Shown one piece after another: positions 56,944-64,000 of a stretch of DNA of 64,000 nt. The DNA is from an uncultured Actinomycetes bacterium (GTDB lineage: Bacteria; Actinomycetota; UBA4738; HRBIN12), in NCBI GenBank assembly GCA_963832225.1, contig CAWHTI010000013.1, positions 8,136-72,135 of the forward strand, in the 5' to 3' direction. The notes below the pieces were generated by a model. It was given only the letters and a program-made list of their open reading frames with translations. It had not been told where the DNA came from and ran no database searches. The position numbers and the translations under genes were made by a program. Numbering within the stretch: position 1 is the first letter of the stretch; every line of letters starts with the position of its first letter.

Positions 56944-58484
56944 GGTGAGGTGGCGGGAGGTCGCGTGTCGGTCGCGGGGTGGGGCGCGGTCGCCGGGTGG
57001 AGCGCGGTCGCCGGGTGGAGCGCGGTCGCCACCGCGGCCTGCGCCGTCGCGGGCGAACGGTCCTCACCCAGCGCGGCGAGCGCGTCGCGGGCGTGGGTCA
57101 CGATCGCGCCGGTGCCGGAGCCGAGGACCGGGGACGGTCGCATCGTGTCGATCACGTCGCATGCCAGGAGGACTTCGATCGACAGGATCTCCTCCAGGAG
57201 GTCCAGGGCCTGCGTCGTCGTCCGGACGGCCAGCGGGGCGTTCGTCGCGTGATCCTCGACGCCGATGTCGAGGGGCGGCACATCGAGGGTCGCCGGCGCG
57301 GCGGCCCGCTTCAGCTCGGCCACAGCCGCCGCCGCCGGGTACCGGAGCGTCACGCCGAAGAGCTCGGGGATCTCCGGGCCGGGCTCCGGCGGTCCGGCCG
57401 CGAAGAACGCGTCCCACAGGTGGCCCATCCGTCGCTCGCTGAGCTGGCCGACGTGCGCGAGGGCGACCCGGAGCTGATCGAACGCGATCGCCATCACGAC
57501 CGGGTGGAAGTTGCCGTTGTGGATCATCGCGTCGTGCTCGATCGAGACGAGGGGGTTGTCCCCACGCCCGTTGAGCTCGATGTGGACGGCGCGGGCAGCC
57601 GCGTCGATCGCCTCCCGCATCGCGCCGTGCACCTGGGGGATCACCCGGAACGACAGCGGGGCCTGTACGGAAGTGGCGATGCCTCCCCGGAGCAGATCGC
57701 CTCCGGCCAATGCCGCCGTCACCGCCGCGCAGGACTCGATCTGACCGGCGAACGGCTTCGCCTCCCCCACGATGGGCTCCACGACCGACGGGGCGCTGCG
57801 GGTCGCCTCGAGCGACAGCGCCGCGACCGCGTCGGCGAGCGGGGCGAGCCGGCGGGCCCGGTCCAATGTGATCGTCCCCTCGCCGATCGAGACCGCGTTC
57901 GACGACATGAACGTCAGCCCGTCCTTCGGCTCCAGGACGAGCGGCTCGATGCCGGCGCGAGCGAGGGCATCGCCGCCGGAGAGGATCTCGCCGGCCAGCT
58001 CCGCCCGGCCGGCGCCGAGCGCGACCTGGCCGATGGTCGCCAGCTGCCCGAGGTCGGCGGTGCCCACCGAGCCGCGCGAGGGCACGACGGGATGGACGCC
58101 GGCGTTCAACATGGCCAGCAGGACCTCTGCGACGGACGGACTCGCGCCGGATCCACCCCTGGCGATGCCGTTGAGCCGGGCCGCCATCGCCGCGCGCACC
58201 GCGGCCATCGGCAGGGGCGGCCCCGTCCCTCCCGCATGGGTCATGAGCAGCAACGTCTGCATGCTGCGCAGCTGGTCGGGGGGCAGGCGCGTGTCCTTCA
58301 TGTGCCCGACGCCCGTGTTCAACCCGTAGACCGGCTCGTCGCCGGCCAGCACGCGATCGATCACGGCCCGGCTCGCCGCGATCGTCGAGCGCGCCGTCTC
58401 GTCGAGCTCAACCGGACTGCCGGACGCGATGGCCAGCAGCTCGTCGAGAGCCAAGGGCCGGTCGGTGATCGTGACGACACCCAT
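56940..58484 (-). CDS. Histidine/aromatic ammonia-lyase family protein lacking the MIO-forming ASG motif
   Basis: VYGLNTGVG, GSVGTADL, PQVHG, GDNP, NGNFH, VEDH. Confidence 0.8.
   Translation of the reverse strand: MGVVTITDRPLALDELLAIASGSPVELDETARSTIAASRAVIDRVLAGDEPVYGLNTGVGHMKDTRLPPDQLRSMQTLLLMTHAGGTGPPLPMAAVRAAMAARLNGIARGGSGASPSVAEVLLAMLNAGVHPVVPSRGSVGTADLGQLATIGQVALGAGRAELAGEILSGGDALARAGIEPLVLEPKDGLTFMSSNAVSIGEGTITLDRARRLAPLADAVAALSLEATRSAPSVVEPIVGEAKPFAGQIESCAAVTAALAGGDLLRGGIATSVQAPLSFRVIPQVHGAMREAIDAAARAVHIELNGRGDNPLVSIEHDAMIHNGNFHPVVMAIAFDQLRVALAHVGQLSERRMGHLWDAFFAAGPPEPGPEIPELFGVTLRYPAAAAVAELKRAAAPATLDVPPLDIGVEDHATNAPLAVRTTTQALDLLEEILSIEVLLACDVIDTMRPSPVLGSGTGAIVTHARDALAALGEDRSPATAQAAVATALHPATALHPATAPHPATDTRPPATSP
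56977..57030. repeat. 3 x 18-bp coding repeat (ATALHP) in the lyase C-terminus
   Basis: gggtgg(g/a)gcgcggtcgcc x3. Confidence 0.8.
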
Positions 58485-58531
58485 CCAGCGTGCACGCTAT
58501 CCGAATCGTGCCCGCCCGGCGCCCCGGGGTA

Positions 58532-59239
58532 TCAGGTGAGCGGGTCGCGAGCCGCGGCGGCGGTGAACGGATCGCGAACCACGGCGGCGGTGAGCGAGGC
58601 GAGGGAGGGCACCACCGCGACGGCGCCCGCGGTCCGGAGCTCCTCCTCACCGAAGCCTCCGGTGAGGACGCCGATCACGGGGATGTCGAGCGGCTCGGCG
58701 GCCGCGCCGTCCCAGACGGAGTCACCGACCATGACGGCCGGTCCTCCACCGCCGACTTCGATGGCGGCCTGCAGGAGATCGGGCGCCGGCTTGGTGCGAT
58801 CGACGTCCGCGGCGCTGGTGGCGCCGACGGTGAGCGAGTCGGCGGACAACAGCTCCCGGTACCGCTCGAGCTCGTGCTCCTCCGCTGAGGACGCGAGGAC
58901 GACGCGGCGTCGCTGCTCGCGCAGTCGTCGCAGGAATGGGATCGCGTCGTCGAACGCAGTGACGACCGGGAGGTAGCGGTCGGCGTACATGCGCGAGTGC
59001 GTGTCTCGGATGCCCTCGCCGTCGCGGGCCTCCACATCGGGCCCCGCGACCGACCCGATCAGCTGGTCGCCGCCCATCCCGACGTGACGATGGATCCGCC
59101 AGGCCGGGATGTGATGTCCGTGGGCGGAGAACGCCTCGACCCACGCCAGCACGTGCTGGTAGTTCGAGTCGATCAATGTCCCGTCGACATCGAGGATCAC
59201 GAGTTCCGCACCGAGCAGCACGTCCGCGGCCTGCATCAC
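58532..59239 (-). CDS. HAD family hydrolase
   Basis: LDVDGTL, LASS, KPAPD, VGDSVWD motifs. Confidence 0.85.
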   Translation of the reverse strand: MMQAADVLLGAELVILDVDGTLIDSNYQHVLAWVEAFSAHGHHIPAWRIHRHVGMGGDQLIGSVAGPDVEARDGEGIRDTHSRMYADRYLPVVTAFDDAIPFLRRLREQRRRVVLASSAEEHELERYRELLSADSLTVGATSAADVDRTKPAPDLLQAAIEVGGGGPAVMVGDSVWDGAAAEPLDIPVIGVLTGGFGEEELRTAGAVAVVPSLASLTAAVVRDPFTAAAARDPLT

Positions 59240-59512
59240 GGCACCTCCTTGCAGGTGGATGTAGCCGGAGCGAGGGTCCTGGAAACCTCATCGACGCGGG
59301 CGCGGCTGGTCGATGACTCGATGTAGACCCGGGCCCCACTCCCCAGGCCCGGGTCCGAACCCGTCGAGCGCGCAGTCGAGTAGCCCGGCGTGCGGTTCCG
59401 GCGTGCGCCTCGCGAGATCTTTCCAACGAACTCGGTCCGAGTGTGCGGTGCGTCACAGCCCGAGCGGGTCGGGGTGCGGCAGGATGACGCACATGTTCGA
59501 GCTGAGGTCGGC

Positions 59513-60805
59513 ATGAGCGAGCTGCTGTCAGCCATCGATGCCCTGCGGGCCGAGGCGCTGCCCGAGCTGGCGGATGCCCGGATCGAGGCCGACCTCGCCG
59601 AGCTGCAGCGTGCGGTCGAGCTCCTGGAGGCCGAACGCCTGCGCAGACTGGCCGAGATCGACCGCCGAGGCCTCTACGCCCACGACGGTCACCTGTCGAC
59701 GGCGAGCTGGCTCGCCGCCACCCACCGGATGACCTGGGGCGCCGCTCGGACCTGCGTGCGGGTGGCCCGGGCGCTCGAGCAGATGCCCCGCACCCGTGCG
59801 GCACTGCAGGACGGGGAGATCTCTCTCGCAGCGGTGCGGATGCTGGTTGAGGCTCGCGCGATCCACCCGGAGTCCTTCGCCGAGGCCGAGCCCCTGCTGG
59901 TGGAGGCCGCCCGGATCCACCCGGTGGGTGAGCTGCGGCCGGGTGGTGGCCTGCTGGCAGGACCGGGTGGAGGCCGAGCAGGACCAGGGGGTGGATCCCC
60001 GCTCGGCACGTCGGCGCCTGCACGCCTCGGTAACGCTCGGCGGGATGGTGCGGGTGGACGGGGATCTGGATCCCCTCACCGGGGAGAGCCTGCTCACGGC
60101 CCTGGGAGCCGTGCTCGACGCGGAGGTCCGGGCCCCGGGTGCGGGCGGGATCACTGACGAGCGCACCCCCGCCCAGCGCCGGGCCGACGCCCTGGGGGAG
60201 GTCTGCCGGGGGTTCCTGGACCGGGGTGACCGACCCCTGGTGGCCGGAGAACGGCCCCACCTCACGGTGACGGTGCCGGTCGAGGTGCTCGCCGGCACTC
60301 CCCTGGCCGGGCTCGGACCCGGTGCCGGTGGCGGAACCGGAGCGGGAGCTGGAGCGGGAGCCGGAGCGGGAGTTGGTCACGGAGCGGGAACCGACCCCTT
60401 CGGGACGGCCGAGCTCGACCACGCGGGTCCGGTCCCGCCGGAGCTGGTCCGACAGCTCGCCTGCGACGCCTCGGTGATGCGGGTGGTGCTGGGTCCCCGC
60501 TCCGAGCCCCTGGACGTGGGCCGGCGCACCCCGGTGGTGCCCCCGGCGATCCGCCGGGCGGTGATCCTCAGAGACCGCCACTGCCGGTTCCCGGGCTGTG
60601 ATCGTCCCCCGGCGTGGTGTGAGTGTCACCACGTCGACCACTGGGCCACCGGTGGCCGCACGGTCCTGGGCAACCTCCTGCTGCTCTGCCGTCGCCATCA
60701 CGGCCTGGTGCACCGCCCGGTGGGTTCGGCCTGGCGATCGAGGACGGCGCCTTCGTCTTCCGACGCTCGGACGGATCGGTGCTGGCGGATCGTGGACCGC
60801 CGTGA
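59513..60805 (+). mobile_element. DUF222 + HNH endonuclease (13E12-like repeat family) gene, frameshifts ~59935 and ~60715
   Basis: QRRADAL, RQLACDA, LDVGRRT, RDRHCRFPGC..CECHHVDHW..GNLLLLCRRHH. Confidence 0.75.
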
Positions 60806-60820
60806 GGTGAGGCGGCGCGG

Positions 60821-60912
60821 GGCGGCACCGGATCGGGGCGGTGGGCGGCGCCGGATCGGGGCGGTGGGCGGCGAGTGGCGCCAGGCCGAGGCGGCGAGCG
60901 GCGCCAGGCCGA
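60821..60912 (+). repeat. 4 x 23-bp tandem array (A-A-B-B) downstream of the HNH gene
   Basis: GGCGGC(A/G)CCGGATCGGGGCGGTG x2 then GGCGGCGAG(T/C)GGCGCCAGGCCGA x2. Confidence 0.85.
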
Positions 60913-60951
60913 GGCGGCGCGCGCACCTGCCCGTGCCGCAACCGCGCGGCG

Positions 60952-62082
60952 CTACCTCAGCACGCGGTCGTAGACCGCTTCCAGGTCGCGCGTGGTGCGA
61001 TCGATGTCGTAGTCGCGCGCTCGGATGCGGGCGGCGTCGGCGAGCCGGGCGGCGAACGACGGGTCCGCCAGCAGCTGGTTGACGGCCGCGGCGAGCCCGG
61101 CGGCGTCGGCCGGCGGGACCAGCAGCGCCTGGTCGCCGTTCGAGAGCGTCTCGCGTGTGGAAGGGATGTCCGTCGCCACGATCGGGATCCCGACGGCCAT
61201 CGCTTCCAGCAGCGCGTTGCCCTGCCCCTCCCAGAGCGACGGGAACACGAACACGTCGGCGTTCGCGATCAGCGACGGGACGTCGTCTCGGACACCCAGG
61301 AAAGAGACACGGTCGCCGAGTGCCCGCCCCCGCTCCTGCAGGGCGGGCATCAGGTGACCGTCGCCAGCGAGCAGGAGCCGGGCATCCGGATGCTCGGAGA
61401 GGATCGCCGGCATCGCCTCGAGCGCGAACCGGTGCCCCTTCTGCTCGGCGAGGCGACCGACGCACAGCAGCGTCGGTGAACCCGCGTGCAGCGGCGGCGT
61501 GACGGGCCCCGCCGCCCGGGCGTGCAGCTCCTCGAGCTCCTGGCCGCGCAGCACGACGTCGATCCGCGACGCATCCCAGCCGGCGCCGCGGATCGGATCG
61601 GCGCGGACCGCCTCGGTGATCGCCACGAACCGGTCCACGAAGCGTCGCCCGGTCCACGCGTCCAGGCGGGCTAGCACGCGCGCCTTCCGCCCGACCCGGG
61701 CCGCGAGCTCCCGATCGCGGAACCCGCCCGTCTCCACGTTGGCGATGTGCGAGATCACCCGCACGCCCGCCAACCTGCCGGCGATCCGCCCGGTGATGGA
61801 GGCCCACAGCACCTGGGTGTGGATCGCGTCGAAGCGGCCCGTCCGCAGGAGGCGCCGGATCCGCGGGATCGCCAGGAGTGCTCCGGCGCCGGGACGGACC
61901 CCGATGCGGTGGACGCGGGCGCCCGCTGCCTCGAGGTCGGCCCGCAGCGGCGCCGGATCCCAGAGGTAGGCGACCTCGGCCTCCACCCTCGCCGGGTCGA
62001 GGTGCCGGACGGTGAGCGTCAGCCCGCGCTCCGCCCCGCCCGTGCCGAGCGAATCCACGAGATAGAGCACGCGATGGGCCAC
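60952..62082 (-). CDS. Glycosyltransferase family 4
   Basis: GGAER, VGRLAEQKGH, FLGVRDDV, SLWEGQGNALLEAMA. Confidence 0.9.
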   Translation of the reverse strand: MAHRVLYLVDSLGTGGAERGLTLTVRHLDPARVEAEVAYLWDPAPLRADLEAAGARVHRIGVRPGAGALLAIPRIRRLLRTGRFDAIHTQVLWASITGRIAGRLAGVRVISHIANVETGGFRDRELAARVGRKARVLARLDAWTGRRFVDRFVAITEAVRADPIRGAGWDASRIDVVLRGQELEELHARAAGPVTPPLHAGSPTLLCVGRLAEQKGHRFALEAMPAILSEHPDARLLLAGDGHLMPALQERGRALGDRVSFLGVRDDVPSLIANADVFVFPSLWEGQGNALLEAMAVGIPIVATDIPSTRETLSNGDQALLVPPADAAGLAAAVNQLLADPSFAARLADAARIRARDYDIDRTTRDLEAVYDRVLR

Positions 62083-62147
62083 GGCGGCGCGACTGTAGCA
62101 GCGGCTCCGGCTGCTAGCGTTCGGTCGATGAGCAGCGAGGGCGGTTC

Positions 62148-63065
62148 ATGAGCAGCGAGGCCGGTTCCGAGCCCTTCCCGTTCATCGTCGCGTGCGGTCG
62201 CTCGGGCACGACGCTCCTGCGAGCGATGCTCGAACGCGGCGGCGAGATCGCGATCCCGCCGGAGTCCTACTTCCCCGTCTCCCTTGCGCAGCGGCACACC
62301 GGCGGACCGTTCGAACCGCAGCTCTTCACCGCCGAGCTCCGCGCGAACCCCCGGTACCGCGAGTGGGGCGTGACCGCCCCGGACGTGTCCGGCGCCACCG
62401 ACTTCGCCGACGCCGTGCGCTGCGTGTTCGCGGCCTACGCGAGCGCCAAGGGCATGCCGCGCTACGGCGACAAGACGCCGCCGTTCGTCCTGCACATGGA
62501 TCTGCTCGCCGGCCTGTTCCCGGAGGCGCGGTTCGTGCACCTGATCCGGGACGCCCGCGACGTCTCGCGCTCCCTGGTCGGCACCTCGTTCGGCCCGAAC
62601 GGTATCGCGCGCGCCGCGGAGATCTGGACGCGGCGGGTCTCGCGCGGCCGCGCCTCGGGCGCGCGACTCGGCGGCGAACGCTACCTCGAGGTGCGGTACG
62701 AGTCGCTGGTGGCCCGCCCCGAGGCCGTCCTGCGGGACGTCTGCGCGCTCGCGGGGCTGCGGTTCTCCGACGAGATGCTGCGGCCGGAGTTGGGGACCAC
62801 CACGGTGCCGGACCGGGAGCTGGCCCACCACACGAACCTGGCGACGCCGCTCACCCCCGGCCTGCGCGACTGGCGTCGCGACATGCCCGACGCCGAGGTC
62901 GCGGTCGTGGAGGCCGTGGCGGGCGACCTGTTGACCGAGCTCGGCTACGATCGCCGGTACCCGCGCGTGCCCTCGGTCGCGCGCGGTCGCGCGGCGGTCT
63001 CGAGGGCGGGATCGGCGGTGCTCCGCACGACCCGGCGGACCGCGAGGCGGGTGACGAACCGGTGA
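62148..63065 (+). CDS. Sulfotransferase
   Basis: ACGRSGTTLL, YGDKTP, HLIRDARDVSRS, EVRYESLV. Confidence 0.9.
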   Translation: MSSEAGSEPFPFIVACGRSGTTLLRAMLERGGEIAIPPESYFPVSLAQRHTGGPFEPQLFTAELRANPRYREWGVTAPDVSGATDFADAVRCVFAAYASAKGMPRYGDKTPPFVLHMDLLAGLFPEARFVHLIRDARDVSRSLVGTSFGPNGIARAAEIWTRRVSRGRASGARLGGERYLEVRYESLVARPEAVLRDVCALAGLRFSDEMLRPELGTTTVPDRELAHHTNLATPLTPGLRDWRRDMPDAEVAVVEAVAGDLLTELGYDRRYPRVPSVARGRAAVSRAGSAVLRTTRRTARRVTNR

Positions 63066-63925
63066 CCGACGATCCGCCGCCGCTGTTCAGCGTGATCGTG
63101 CCCACGTACGGCCGGCCGGAGTACCTGCGGGACTGCGTGGCCTCGGTGCTGGATCAGTCGGTCGACGACATCGAGGTGATCGTCGTGGACGACGCATCCG
63201 AGCGGCCCATCGAGCTGCCGACGGAGGACACGCGGGTGCGGCTCCTCCGCCGCGAGACGAACGGCGGGCCCGCGGCGGCCCGCAACACCGGGATGGAGAT
63301 CGCGCGCGGGACCTACCTCGCCTTCTGCGACGACGACGATCTGTTCAGCCCGAACCGGCTGGCACTTGCGGTCGAGGGCCTCGAGCGCGCCCCGGTCGCA
63401 TGCTGCTTCAACCGCTACCTGGACATGCCGGCCGGACGCCCGGTCACGGTCGAGGGCGAGGTGCGCGACACGATCCTGGACGACATGGCGCCGCATCTGG
63501 GCCGCACCGCGCTCCGCCGGGAGCTCGCGCCCCGGTTCGACGAGCGCTTCGACGCGGCCGAGGACATCGAGTGGTGGCTGCGCCTCGCGGCGACCACGGG
63601 CGTGACGGTCACCACGGTCCCGCGCATCGGCTACCTCGTTCGGCGACACGAGGGCGAGCGCACGCGGACGGGACTCGCCAGTCGCGTGCGCTCCCGGGAG
63701 CTCCTGCTGCGCGAGCACGCCGACTACTTCGCCACGCACCGCCGGGCGCGGGCCTTCGCGTGGAGGCGCATCGGTCTGATGGCGACCGCCTACGGCGACC
63801 GCTCGCGAGCGCGTCGCGCGTTCGCGCGGTCGTTGCTCACGAAGCCCGAGCCGGCGACGGTCGGTCACCTGGCCCACGCGCTCGGGCGATCGACCCGCCG
63901 GATCGACGGGAGCAAAGTGTCGTGA
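63062..63925 (+). CDS. Glycosyltransferase family 2
   Basis: SVIVPTYGR, VVDDAS, NGGPAAARN, FCDDDD, AEDIEW. Confidence 0.9.
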   Translation: MTDDPPPLFSVIVPTYGRPEYLRDCVASVLDQSVDDIEVIVVDDASERPIELPTEDTRVRLLRRETNGGPAAARNTGMEIARGTYLAFCDDDDLFSPNRLALAVEGLERAPVACCFNRYLDMPAGRPVTVEGEVRDTILDDMAPHLGRTALRRELAPRFDERFDAAEDIEWWLRLAATTGVTVTTVPRIGYLVRRHEGERTRTGLASRVRSRELLLREHADYFATHRRARAFAWRRIGLMATAYGDRSRARRAFARSLLTKPEPATVGHLAHALGRSTRRIDGSKVS

Positions 63926-64000
63926 CCGGCGAGGACCGCACCACCGACGACCTCAGCGCGGCTGCTCGCGACGAGTACGACCGGATCGCAGAGGTCTACG
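63922..64000 (+). CDS. Start of a CDS cut by the window edge (possibly a methyltransferase)
   Basis: GTGA overlap with the GT2 stop; ..DEYDRIAEVY resembles methyltransferase N-termini. Confidence 0.35.
   Translation, partial: MTGEDRTTDDLSAAARDEYDRIAEVY

Noticed and set aside
56977-57030. 18-bp repeat as a functional element
   Set aside because: A low-complexity ATALHP tail extension with no sign of function.
59485-59500. LexA/SOS box upstream of DUF222-HNH
   Set aside because: Only the GTTCGA half-site matches; the GAAC half is absent.
60821-60912. Mini-CRISPR beside an HNH nuclease
   Set aside because: Contiguous 23-bp units with no unique spacers; the nuclease is DUF222-type, not Cas9/IscB-like.

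Overview
High-GC window from an actinobacterium-like genome (lineage inferred from GC content and gene families). Dozens of single-base indels split otherwise intact genes, as expected from long-read errors, so several genes are reconstructed across frames. From start to end: (i) about 1-21 kb, secreted proteins: three TIM-barrel glycoside-hydrolase-like paralogs, a BNR propeller, Tat-exported PhoD, a TolB/RTX fusion, an Ig plus degenerate deacetylase, three NHL propellers and a PQQ-propeller/Ig protein, mixed with a sulfotransferase and a MurJ-type flippase. (ii) About 21-25 kb, surface-glycan genes: two sulfotransferases, a priming sugar transferase and a Wzz-like protein. (iii) About 25.2-33.6 kb, a complete lasso-peptide (RiPP) cluster in two convergent operons: HPr-type kinase, B2 peptidase, nucleotidyltransferase, sulfotransferase, RRE, ABC exporter and cyclase. 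Its 47-aa precursor is missing from the ORF track because of a 1-bp deletion; it has a strongly acidic core ending in Ser, its own TTGACA/TAGTGT promoter and a downstream hairpin. (iv) Glycan-tailoring genes (2OG oxygenase, GT2, PMT/GT39, PIG-L, methyltransferase), signalling and housekeeping genes, tRNA-Leu(UAA), a DegT/PglF/epimerase operon, an ammonia-lyase lacking the MIO motif, a DUF222-HNH gene and more GT/sulfotransferase genes. A 26-bp REP-like element occurs 7 times at three intergenic loci. No CRISPR array, rRNA or prophage was seen.
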